Part shown: one piece after another, positions 7,465 to 15,884 of the stretch
Position numbering within the stretch: the first letter of the stretch is position 1
Layout of the letters: each line of letters opens with the position of its first letter
DNA from: a virus
Taxonomy: Duplodnaviria; Heunggongvirae; Uroviricota; Caudoviricetes
Virus record (IMG/VR): IMGVR_UViG_2547132253_000001
Direction: 5' to 3' (one strand)
DNA length: 17,844 nt
Position numbers and translations under genes: made by a program
Notes under the pieces: generated by a model
What the model was told of the DNA's origin: nothing
Database searches by the model: none
The model's input: only the letters and a program-made list of their open reading frames with translations

Positions 7465-10221
7465 ATGCGAAACATTGATCTTATCCGTCAGGTTATCAGT
7501 GCGTCTGAAAACAACTGGCCTCATGTGCTGGGCTGTCTGAACATAAATGTCCCTGACTCTCCTCGCCGTCATGCTCCCTGCCCTGCATGTGGGGGCAAAG
7601 ATCGATTCCGGTTCGACGACAACGGGCGCGGTAGCTTCATCTGTAATCAGTGCGGCGCTGGTGATGGGCTGGATTTAATTAAACGCGTAAATAACTGCGA
7701 CACAACAGAGGCGGCGCTTCTTGCCGCTGATGTTCTGGGTATTGATTACCGGACAACGGAAACACCAGAAGCCACCAGCCAGAAACGGGAACAACTGGAA
7801 ACCGAGCGCCAGCGACGCGAACAGGAGCGCCTGAAAAGGGCAGAGAAGGACGAACAACAAAGACGGGATACGTTTTCCCGTCAGTTTGATGACATGCGCA
7901 GAAAGGCTGTAAACGGCAAATCTGATTATCTGGTTGCGAAAGGGGTAGGTGATTTTACATTCCCAGTGTTGCCCGATGGATCTCTGTTGCTGGCGCTGGT
8001 GGATAAATCCGGCGCAGTCACAGCAGCACAGACTATTACCTCACATGGTGAAAAAAGACTCCTGACAGGTTCAGCAAAGCGAGGGGCATATCACGCCATA
8101 AACGCACCAGAAACAACACAGAGCATCTTAATCGCAGAAGGGCTGGCAACGGCATTATCTGCCCATTTAATTCGTCCAGAATCGCTGACAGTGGCGGCGA
8201 TTGATGCCGGGAACCTGTTATATGTCGCCCAGGTACTGCGGGATAAATTTCCTTCAGCACAAATCATCATTGCTGCGGATAACGACCACAGCGAAGGAAG
8301 ACAAAACACGGGGAGAATAGCAGCAGAAAAAGCAGCTTTATCTGTTTCTGGATGGGTGGCATTACCCCCGACAGATCACAAAGCAGACTGGAATGATTAC
8401 CACCAAAAACACGGCATTAAATGCGCCACAGAAGCGTTCAATAAGTCAATGTACCAACCACAGGGTAATGGCGTGAAACAGCAGCCACAGACCATTGAGG
8501 GAAGCGATTTTAAGGTTATGGATACCGACCCACTGAAACCAAGAATAGAAAGCCGCGAGGATGGTATTTATTGGGTATCTCCGAGAGCTGACAGCCAGAG
8601 TGGAGAAATCATCAATAACGAAAGCTGGTTATGTTCTCCGTTAAGCGTTATCGGTACTGGCAGAGACGATAAAGACCAGTATCTCATTCTTCGCTGGCTG
8701 TCGTTTGGTTCTGAAACGCCGACAACCGCTGCCATTCCACTGGCTGATATTGGTGAACGTGAAGGATGGCGCACACTTAAAGCTGGTGGGGTAAATGTCA
8801 CGACCAAAAGCAGCCTCAGAGCAATACTGGCAGACTGGCTACAACGCAGTGGCTCTCGTGAATTGTGGCGTGTTGCTCATGCCACTGGCTGGCAATGCGG
8901 AGCGTACATCATGCCTGATGGGGAAATCATCGGAACACCTGAAAATCCTGTGCTGTTCAGCGGGAGAAGCTCAGCCGCAGCCGGATATACCGTCTCAGGG
9001 AGCGCGAAAAGCTGGCGTGATAACGTGGCGCGTCTGGCCTTTGGTAACTATTCAATGATGACCGGGATCGGCGCAGCACTGGCAGCGCCATTGATTGGGC
9101 TGGTGGGCGCTGACGGGTTCGGCATTCATTTCTATGAGCAGTCGAGCGCAGGTAAGACCACCACGGCAAACGTGGCGAGCAGCTTATACGGCAACCCTGA
9201 TTTACTGCGGCTGACGTGGTACGGAACCGCGCTGGGGCTGGCAAATGAAGCCGCCGCCCACAATGACGGACTAATGCCGCTTGATGAAGTTGGTCAGGGC
9301 GCTGATCCTGTCAGTGTTTCACAGTCTGCCTATGCGTTATTTAACGGTGTAGGGAAACTGCAAGGCGCTAAAGATGGTGGAAACCGGGATCTAAAACGCT
9401 GGCGTACAGTGGCAATCAGCACTGGAGAAATGGATTTAGAAACATTTATCGCTACTTCCGGGCGAAAAACCAAAGCCGGGCAACTGGTGCGACTGCTGAA
9501 TATTCCGTTGAGTAAAGCAGTACGCTTTCACGATTACCAGAACGGAAAACAGCACGCAGACGCACTGAAAGACGCTTACCAGCATCACCACGGCGCAGCC
9601 GGGCGTGAGTGGATTAAATGGCTGGCAGACCACCAGCAACAGGCTATTAAAACTGTTCGTGACTGCGAAAGCAGATGGAGAAGCCTGATTCCATCCGATT
9701 ATGGTGAGCAGGTTCACCGTGTAGCCGCGCGATTTGCCATTCTGGAGGCCGCATTGCTGTTAGGCGAGGTTGTAACAGGCTGGGATGCTCAGACATGCCG
9801 TGATGCGATACAGCACAGCTATAACGCATGGTTGCGCGAGTTCGGCACAGGTAACAAAGAACATCAGCAGATTATTGAACAAACGGAGGCATTTCTTAAT
9901 GCCTATGGGCTTAGCCGTTTTGCACCATTTCCATACAGCCCGGCAGATTTGCCAATCAAAGATTTAGCCGGATACCGTCAGCGTGGAGAACATGACGAAA
10001 GCCCAATGATTTTCTACACATTCCCGGCCACATTTGAAAAGGAGATCGCATGTGGTTTCAACGCAAAACAGTTTGCTGAAGTGTTGAAAAAAGCCGGGAT
10101 GCTAACCCCACCAAACAGCGGTCGTGGATACCAAAGAAAATCACCACGTATTCAGGGACGACAAATAAACGTTTATGTACTCAATTACCAGCCAGGAGAT
10201 TACAACTCATCTGAAGAATGA
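7465..10221 (+). CDS. P4 alpha-like replication protein: zinc-finger/TOPRIM primase fused to a P-loop (D5/DUF927-like) helicase, 918 aa
   Basis: ATG 7465 with GGGGG SD; N-terminal zinc motif CPACGGKDRF...FICNQCG; TOPRIM-like acidic motif IIIAADNDHSEGR; P-loop FYEQSSAGKTTTANV in the C-terminal half; followed directly by iterons. Confidence 0.9.
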   Translation: MRNIDLIRQVISASENNWPHVLGCLNINVPDSPRRHAPCPACGGKDRFRFDDNGRGSFICNQCGAGDGLDLIKRVNNCDTTEAALLAADVLGIDYRTTETPEATSQKREQLETERQRREQERLKRAEKDEQQRRDTFSRQFDDMRRKAVNGKSDYLVAKGVGDFTFPVLPDGSLLLALVDKSGAVTAAQTITSHGEKRLLTGSAKRGAYHAINAPETTQSILIAEGLATALSAHLIRPESLTVAAIDAGNLLYVAQVLRDKFPSAQIIIAADNDHSEGRQNTGRIAAEKAALSVSGWVALPPTDHKADWNDYHQKHGIKCATEAFNKSMYQPQGNGVKQQPQTIEGSDFKVMDTDPLKPRIESREDGIYWVSPRADSQSGEIINNESWLCSPLSVIGTGRDDKDQYLILRWLSFGSETPTTAAIPLADIGEREGWRTLKAGGVNVTTKSSLRAILADWLQRSGSRELWRVAHATGWQCGAYIMPDGEIIGTPENPVLFSGRSSAAAGYTVSGSAKSWRDNVARLAFGNYSMMTGIGAALAAPLIGLVGADGFGIHFYEQSSAGKTTTANVASSLYGNPDLLRLTWYGTALGLANEAAAHNDGLMPLDEVGQGADPVSVSQSAYALFNGVGKLQGAKDGGNRDLKRWRTVAISTGEMDLETFIATSGRKTKAGQLVRLLNIPLSKAVRFHDYQNGKQHADALKDAYQHHHGAAGREWIKWLADHQQQAIKTVRDCESRWRSLIPSDYGEQVHRVAARFAILEAALLLGEVVTGWDAQTCRDAIQHSYNAWLREFGTGNKEHQQIIEQTEAFLNAYGLSRFAPFPYSPADLPIKDLAGYRQRGEHDESPMIFYTFPATFEKEIACGFNAKQFAEVLKKAGMLTPPNSGRGYQRKSPRIQGRQINVYVLNYQPGDYNSSEE

Positions 10222-10243
10222 GCTTCTTCATGTGCGTAGAAAA

Positions 10244-10360
10244 GGTGTTGGTTCAGTTGGTTCAGTTGGTTCAATTTGTAAAGAGTATTGTTTTATAAGG
10301 ATTTTATTCTTTTTATTGAACCAACACTGAACCAACAACACGGTATTTTGAACCAACACA
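10244..10360. repeat. Origin-like iteron cluster (ori): 3 tandem GTTGGTTCA, about 43-bp AT-rich spacer, 3 inverted TGAACCAAC
   Basis: GTTGGTTCA at 10247-10255, 10256-10264, 10265-10273; AT-rich 10274-10316; TGAACCAAC at 10317-10325, 10328-10336, 10349-10357; 22 bp downstream of the primase stop. Confidence 0.7.
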
Positions 10361-10678
10361 ATGTGACTGAATTGATGCGCACAACACCTGGCTGGCATCA
10401 GAGAGTGTTTTACGAGACTTTCGTAAAATCCTGTGTACAAGGGCGTGACGTTTTTGAAAGTGAGCACTACGAAATTTTCGTAGTTCAAAAAACAGCCTTT
10501 GAGAAGTTGTTATGCCTGTTCAGCAAACCATCCGCATAGCTGATCGCGAATCAAATTACCAATGGAGCCAGAAGCAAGGGCAGAACTGGAAAGCGCCTGC
10601 CGTGAAGAGTAATGCGACACCATAAATATAGTTTTTAGAGTCCATAAAAAACCTGTCAAAACCTGACATACAGAACGA

Positions 10679-10710
10679 TGCCACCAGCTACTGAGCGGTG
10701 GCATTTTTTT
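10679..10710 (+). terminator. Rho-independent terminator separating the replication module from the cargo operon
   Basis: TGCCACC...GGTGGCA stem (10679-10703) followed by TTTTTTT (10704-10710). Confidence 0.55.
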
Positions 10711-10805
10711 GTGCTATTTGTTTCATATTTTGCAATTACGATGATGAATATTGCGATTTGTGAAACTATAATAACTGTTGTTTTATACAGTTCTAAGGGG
10801 GCGTT

Positions 10806-10979
10806 ATGGCTATTTCAGTAAAGCCAGTATTGATAAGTGAGAAGCAAATGGAAGCGATAAAGAAAATTCAGGAGGAGCAGCGTAAAAAATCAGAGGTAGG
10901 AGTTGCGCCAACGATCCACGAAATTGCTCGGGGATTAATGGATAAGGCGCTGGCTTACACTTTAACTGGACGTGGGTAA
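10806..10979 (+). CDS. Small protein, 57 aa, possible ribbon-helix-helix DNA-binding protein; first gene of the cargo operon
   Basis: ATG 10806 preceded by strong SD AAGGGGG (10795-10801) and a TATAAT at 10767-10772; below the 60-aa cutoff of the ORF track; sequence MAISVKPVLISEKQMEAIKKIQEEQRKKSEVGVAPTIHEIARGLMDKALAYTLTGRG. Confidence 0.45.
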   Translation: MAISVKPVLISEKQMEAIKKIQEEQRKKSEVGVAPTIHEIARGLMDKALAYTLTGRG

Positions 10980-10983
10980 ATCA

Positions 10984-12450
10984 ATGGCTACGTGGCAACA
11001 GGGTATTAATTCTGGTGGTTTTCTGGCTGGCATCGGTACGCAAAATGAGAATGCGCCAAAGGCAAGCGACATTAACGCAACGCTTGGTCTGATCCGCGAA
11101 AACAATGAACTGGCTCGCTCAGGTGCAAATAACGTTGGTCTGACCGCGTTACGTGGTCTGGCTGGAGTTGCTGATATTTATAAGCAGCAGCAACAGCAGG
11201 AGCGTAAAGCGGCATTCCAGAAAGGTTATGCAGATGCTTATGCGTCCGGCGACAGGGAGCAGATGCGTAATCTTATTACAGCATTCCCAGAAGAGTTTGA
11301 GGAAGTCCGTAAAGGGATGAGTTATGTCGATGATGCTCAAAGGGATGATTATGGCAATCTGGCGCTCAAAGCACAGGTAGCCTCATCGCTTGGTCCGGGC
11401 GCATTTGGCAGGTTCATGATGGATAATGAGCAGGAGATGCGTCGTTTAGGTATCCCTCCAGAAACTATTGCTGAAATGCAGGTTAATGACCCGCAGGGCT
11501 TCCAGCATTTCGCAGGTAATCTGGCGCTGTTTTCTCTCGGTCATGAGAAGTATTTCGATATCAAAGATCAAATGGAAGGTCGGGATATTGAGCGCGGCGA
11601 GTTGGCAGAGACAATCCGCAGCAATCAGGCTGGCGAAGCACTTCAGGCGAGAGGGCAGGATATTAGCCGAGCAAATGCGTTAACGTCAGCATATGCACCA
11701 ACAGCAGCAATGCAGAATTACAATCAGTACGCTCAAATGTTAAAGGCGGATCCAGAGGGGGCGGCGGCATTTGCGGCAGCGGCTGGAATTAATACAAACG
11801 CCAAAAAATTAATGAGTGTTAGGGAAAACGATGATGGCACTGTCACAAAATACTACACAGACGGAAGTGAAGAGCAGGGAAAACTAAACCAGCCAATATC
11901 TGGAGATGGGTTTCGTCCAATAGCTTTGCCAACAGCTCAAAAGATCATGGAAAAGTCGCCAGAAGGGGCTAAAAAAGCTGCTGGATTTGCATACAGAGTT
12001 AGGGATGCTCTTGATTCAATGGATACACTGAAAGGCCAGATTAGCCCACAGCGAGTGGCGATCATTAATAATGCTTTGGGTAATGGGACGCTGGCTAACT
12101 TAACGCTCAGCCCAACAGAGCAGCAATACGTTGTTAATGCTAATGACGCAATAATGGCAATACTCCGTCAGGAAACAGGGGCAGCTATCGTACCTGCTGA
12201 AATGTCAAAATATTATCAAATGTATTTCCCTCAGCCTGGTGATTCCACAAAAACCATTGATACCAAGCGCCGGAAGATGGAAAACCAGTTCAATTCGCTG
12301 AAAGCTGCTTCTGGTCGAGCTTATGATGCTTTGCAGGTTATTTCAGCAGTTGACAGAGGAACTTCTTCTTCGTCGCAGACATTGCCGCAATCTGAGCAGG
12401 TATCACAGCCAGCAGCCAGCAGTAACTTTTCTTCACTATGGGGTGATTAA
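10984..12450 (+). CDS. Uncharacterized Ala/Gln/Gly-rich protein, 488 aa (cargo gene 1)
   Basis: Long ORF; ATG at 10984 (MATWQQ) preferred over the track GTG at 10972; low-complexity composition (QQQQQ run, AAAFAAAAG), few aromatics, no catalytic or NTP-binding motif I can see; stop overlaps the next start. Confidence 0.7.
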   Translation: MATWQQGINSGGFLAGIGTQNENAPKASDINATLGLIRENNELARSGANNVGLTALRGLAGVADIYKQQQQQERKAAFQKGYADAYASGDREQMRNLITAFPEEFEEVRKGMSYVDDAQRDDYGNLALKAQVASSLGPGAFGRFMMDNEQEMRRLGIPPETIAEMQVNDPQGFQHFAGNLALFSLGHEKYFDIKDQMEGRDIERGELAETIRSNQAGEALQARGQDISRANALTSAYAPTAAMQNYNQYAQMLKADPEGAAAFAAAAGINTNAKKLMSVRENDDGTVTKYYTDGSEEQGKLNQPISGDGFRPIALPTAQKIMEKSPEGAKKAAGFAYRVRDALDSMDTLKGQISPQRVAIINNALGNGTLANLTLSPTEQQYVVNANDAIMAILRQETGAAIVPAEMSKYYQMYFPQPGDSTKTIDTKRRKMENQFNSLKAASGRAYDALQVISAVDRGTSSSSQTLPQSEQVSQPAASSNFSSLWGD

Positions 12451-13427
12451 TGGCTAAAGCATGGAAAGATGTTATCGCCTCTCCACAGTATCAGGCGTTA
12501 GCACCAGAACAAAAAGCGCAGGCTCAGGAGCAATACTTCAACGAAGTCGTTGCCCCGCAAGCCGGAGAAAGTGTAGAGCAGGCTAAGCAGGCTTTTTATG
12601 CTGCCTATCCACTACCATCAACGAATGAAATAGACCGAGCCCAATCAGCAACTCAAAATATTCAACATACATCATCTGATAATTCTCTTGCGTCAGGGTA
12701 TGCAAAGTTAGCGACTCAGCAAAGAGAGGGGCTTGAACGTTCAGCAGAACAGGGAGCCAGTCTTGGGGCTGCGATGCGCGATGCTATAACAGGCGAAAGC
12801 CGAATGACTCCAGAGATGGAGAGACTGCAAAATGTCGACCTTGCCCCAGAGTTAACCTCACTCAGCATGGATGCTCTAAAAGCTCGATGGTCTCAACTTT
12901 TCGGCTCTGACGCATCTCAGGAAAAGATTCTTCAGAGCATGGGAGCGAAATTAAGGCAGGATGAGAAGGGTAACACTATCGTTTCCCTACCATCCGGTGA
13001 TTATGCTCTGAACAAGCCGGGTTTATCACCGCAAGACGTGGCATCGTTTCTGGCTAATGCGCTGGCGTTTACACCAGCGGGCAGGGCCGGAACGGTGCTG
13101 GGGGCCATAGGGAAATCAGCAGCTACAGATTTAGCACTACAGGGAGCCACCAGCCTCGCTGGTGGAGAAGATATTGATCCGTTACAAACGGTAATCTCTG
13201 CTGGCATTGGCGGCATTGGTAAGGGTCTGGAGAATACAGTGAGTGCCGTTTCGAGGGCCGTTCGCGGTGATATGGCACCGGAAGCGAAAGCCGCTGTTGA
13301 TTTTGCATCGGAAAGAAACCTACCGTTAATGACCAGTGACGTACTGAAAGATAAAAACACTGTGCAGAGTCTGGCCCAGAAAACAGGCGAAAAAATTCCT
13401 TTTTTGGAACGGGTACGAACAGGCTGA
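12450..13427 (+). CDS. Uncharacterized Ala/Gly/Ser-rich protein, 325 aa (cargo gene 2); possibly the N-terminal part of a frameshifted fusion with gene 3
   Basis: ATG 12450 overlapping the gene 1 stop (TAATG), SD-like GGGG upstream; glycine-rich stretches (VLGAIGKSAATDLALQGATSLAGG, ISAGIGGIGKG); ends 22 nt after a T_TTT_TTG heptamer. Confidence 0.65.
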   Translation: MAKAWKDVIASPQYQALAPEQKAQAQEQYFNEVVAPQAGESVEQAKQAFYAAYPLPSTNEIDRAQSATQNIQHTSSDNSLASGYAKLATQQREGLERSAEQGASLGAAMRDAITGESRMTPEMERLQNVDLAPELTSLSMDALKARWSQLFGSDASQEKILQSMGAKLRQDEKGNTIVSLPSGDYALNKPGLSPQDVASFLANALAFTPAGRAGTVLGAIGKSAATDLALQGATSLAGGEDIDPLQTVISAGIGGIGKGLENTVSAVSRAVRGDMAPEAKAAVDFASERNLPLMTSDVLKDKNTVQSLAQKTGEKIPFLERVRTG

Positions 13428-13576
13428 ATCAACAACAGGCTCGGGAAAATCTGGTCAGAACATATAACGATGGTCTGGGAGGCATTTCAGATAAACAGCT
13501 TTATGAGTCTGCTACTAAAGGGCAGCAAAAATTCATTGAGGCCGCAGGTAAGCGATATAACCGCATAATTGACGCT

Positions 13577-14554
13577 ATGGGGGATACCCCTGTCGACCTA
13601 TCAAACACGGTAAAAGCTATCGACAATCAGATTGCCGTGTTAAGCCGCCCGGGCAAATCTCAGGATAGAGCCGCGGTAAAAGTCTTGCAGCAATTTAAAG
13701 ACGATATCACCAGCGGACCCAATGACCTGCGTCTGGCGAGAGAAAACAGAACTGACCTTCGAAAGCGGTTCATGAATTCAAACGAGACTGTTGATAAAGA
13801 CACGCTCCAGAAAGCCAGCGATATTGTCTACAAGGCATATACGCTGGATATGAGAAGGGCAGTAGCCCAGAAACTGGGTTCAGAAGAAGCAGCCAATATG
13901 GCAAGGGTTGATCGCTCATGGTCTAAATTCAATGACATGATGGGAAGAACGCGCGTTCAAAAGGCAATAGCCAGCGGCAAGGCCACGCCTGAGGATGTAA
14001 CAAAACTCGTGTTTAGCCAAAGCCCATCAGAACGTTCTCAGCTTTACAGGCTTCTGGATGACAATGGTAGGCAAAACGCACGAGCAGCCATAGTTCAGAA
14101 TGCTGTAGATAAGGCGACTGATCCGTCTGGAAATATCAGTGTTGAGAAGTTTATTAATGCGTTACACCGGAACAGGAAGCAATCAGCAACTTTCTTTAAA
14201 GGCGTGCACGGAAAGGAACTGGACGGCATTATTAAATACCTCAACGATACCAGACAGGCGGCAAAGGTTGACGGTCAGAAATTAAACAGCCAGAAACTTT
14301 ATGGCCTGCTGGTTGGTGGAGGCGCTATAAATGCGGCAGTTCTGGCGGGGATGCTGAAAACGGCTGCGTTTGTTGTTCCTGCTGCTGGTGCTTTAGGCGG
14401 AGCAGCGAAGGCATACGAAAGCCCTGTTATACGAAATGCCTTATTACGTCTGGCAAATACGCCAAAAGGTAGCACAGCATATGACAGAGCGATCAGTACA
14501 GTCACACAATCACTGACCACAGCAGCACAAGCATCGCAAAAGGAAGCTCAATAA
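13577..14554 (+). CDS. Uncharacterized protein, 325 aa as annotated (cargo gene 3), with C-terminal glycine-zipper hydrophobic hairpin; reading frame is open upstream to 13355
   Basis: First ATG at 13577 has no SD; the same frame is open and protein-like from 13355 with no ATG/GTG/TTG in between; hydrophobic Gly/Ala-rich segments LYGLLVGGGAINAAVLAGML and AAFVVPAAGALGGAA near the C-terminus. Confidence 0.6.
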   Translation: MGDTPVDLSNTVKAIDNQIAVLSRPGKSQDRAAVKVLQQFKDDITSGPNDLRLARENRTDLRKRFMNSNETVDKDTLQKASDIVYKAYTLDMRRAVAQKLGSEEAANMARVDRSWSKFNDMMGRTRVQKAIASGKATPEDVTKLVFSQSPSERSQLYRLLDDNGRQNARAAIVQNAVDKATDPSGNISVEKFINALHRNRKQSATFFKGVHGKELDGIIKYLNDTRQAAKVDGQKLNSQKLYGLLVGGGAINAAVLAGMLKTAAFVVPAAGALGGAAKAYESPVIRNALLRLANTPKGSTAYDRAISTVTQSLTTAAQASQKEAQ

Positions 14555-14613
14555 CAGATGACCATGGATGGTTGGCTATAATAGTAATTAGTTTTTTCAA
14601 ATAGTTATGAACA

Positions 14614-15012
14614 TTAACACTTGCCTTTAACATTGCCGACAAATGAGCCTGTAAATGAGCCTATATCAGATCGACTAATTGTTCGTGTATGGATCACTTT
14701 TCCGTCATTTGAGATTGCCCATGTGACAAGCGTCAGTTGACCATCTCGATAGCTTCTTCCCATCATGGCATTCGGAGATAGCGGGTAATAATCAATACCT
14801 CCACCTATACCATCTTTTGCCAAGATAAGATCCGCCTTCTCTTTACTTATTACCAAATGAAAGGTATCTGGTATAGATGATAACTTATAGTTATACCCAT
14901 CTGAACTTGAGGCTTCTTGTCCTTTCAGATCACCAATAATCCAGCATTCAGCGTTCGCTCCAAAAGAAGCAAATAATAAACCGGAGACAACCAATCGCTT
15001 CAATTGATTCAC
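14614..15012 (-). CDS. Small secreted/periplasmic protein of unknown function, 132 aa precursor with Sec signal peptide
   Basis: GTG start (complement of 15010-15012) preceded on the minus strand by strong SD AAGGGAGGG; N-terminus MNQLKRLVVSGLLFASFGANA then E (positively charged n-region, hydrophobic core, A-x-A cleavage motif); the longer 218-aa track ORF 14614-15270 is an upstream extension lacking an SD. Confidence 0.6.
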   Translation of the reverse strand: MNQLKRLVVSGLLFASFGANAECWIIGDLKGQEASSSDGYNYKLSSIPDTFHLVISKEKADLILAKDGIGGGIDYYPLSPNAMMGRSYRDGQLTLVTWAISNDGKVIHTRTISRSDIGSFTGSFVGNVKGKC

Positions 15013-15204
15013 ACCAACCCTCCCTTTAGCGTTGTTTAGAATGGCAATCATCATATATCCAAGACATGGCATTTGGTACATAGCTTGGGTCGGGATTTCA
15101 AATCCGCCCCCGTTGATGGGGTCGTTACAGTACGCGCATATCCGCTTTATGTGAAACAGGAAGATTTTTCTGATATCACTGCCACAGCAAAACACCAATT
15201 TCGA

Positions 15205-15505
15205 GACAAGTACGCGCGCGAGGGGTATCAGTTGCAAAAAGTTTTGCAACTGCGTCCGACCAGTACGCACACAATGGAGGGGAGTACCATGAAACTGTTC
15301 TCTACACGAGACAGAGTGGTGGTGATGTGTTGATTATCGGCGTATATGCGCACAGGACGCGCTATGACGATGTTTTATGCGGGTACACCATCACATGTAT
15401 CTGGTGTGATAAATCGCGTTACATGACCTCTCATGTTGTGCTGGTGGTTATCACGACTTTCTGAATCTGGCCTTTGCCTGATATTTTGCGACAAGTACGC
15501 GCGCG
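15205..15505. repeat. Two copies of a 16-bp perfect direct repeat GACAAGTACGCGCGCG (15205-15220 and 15490-15505), with a related inverted partial copy between them
   Basis: Identical 16-mers 285 bp apart with similar left flanks (TTTCGA / TTTTGC); alternating CG core; related GTACGCGCATAT at 15130-15141 and its near-complement ATATGCGCAC at 15345-15354. Confidence 0.5.
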
Positions 15506-15656
15506 TAGCATCGAAATTATCGGATGGCGTATGCTGCTGGCAATATGAAGACCGATAGTATTAACCGAAAAGCGATTAAGGAGTGCCAACTTTTCAGTAG
15601 AGAAACTAGCCAGCATAGGAAAATGTAGAAATTACCCAATTAATAGGTAAAAGTTA

Positions 15657-15774
15657 TTGACACAGCCTGTAGTGGATAACGATATGAATAAAAACCACAT
15701 ATAGTGGTTTTTCGTGAGTGATGATAGTACCTATGTTAGTTTCCTAAGTAACTGTGCATTGACATGTGGATAAC
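15657..15774 (+). promoter_or_regulatory. Two TTGACA hexamers each followed by a DnaA-box-like GTGGATAAC motif, upstream of the Abi gene
   Basis: TTGACA 15657-15662 followed by AGTGGATAAC 15671-15680; TTGACA 15759-15764 followed by TGTGGATAAC 15765-15774 (TGTGGATAA is the reverse complement of the DnaA box TTATCCACA); palindrome AAAAACCAC-ATATA-GTGGTTTTT at 15690-15712. Confidence 0.35.
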
Positions 15775-15884
15775 TTCGGATAGAGTTACACTCAACTGAG
15801 CCCGGCCCCCTGGCTTTATCTTGTCTTAGATGAGAAATTGTTATGGCCGGGCCTTCTTGTATCTGGAGGTAGGAAACCTTTTGT

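Noticed and set aside
7069-9967. Short ORFs on either strand overlapping the 200-aa gene and the primase-helicase gene (7069-7392, 7675-7860, 8036-8260, 8091-8309, 8568-8807, 8795-9058, 8957-9244, 9436-9717, 9647-9829, 9785-9967)
   Set aside because: All overlap the long, motif-supported primase-helicase gene or its upstream neighbour; shadow ORFs.
10244-10360. Possible CRISPR array (short repeated units)
   Set aside because: Units are only 9 bp, occur in direct and inverted orientation around an AT-rich spacer, and lack regularly sized unique spacers; this is iteron/origin architecture, not CRISPR. The same applies to 17401-17529.
10228-10539. ORFs 10288-10539 (+) and 10228-10488 (-) overlapping the ori iterons
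   Set aside because: They span the iteron/AT-rich origin structure and are likely spurious; a short 39-codon ORF at about 10511-10630 is possible but unsupported.
14614-15270. 218-aa version of the minus-strand ORF
   Set aside because: The upstream extension lacks an SD and would place about 86 residues before a classic signal peptide; the GTG start at 15012 with SD AAGGGAGGG fits much better.
15073-15616. ORFs 15073-15333 (+) and 15431-15616 (-) in the long intergenic region
   Set aside because: No SD, poor protein-like character, and they overlap the repeat elements; treated as non-coding.
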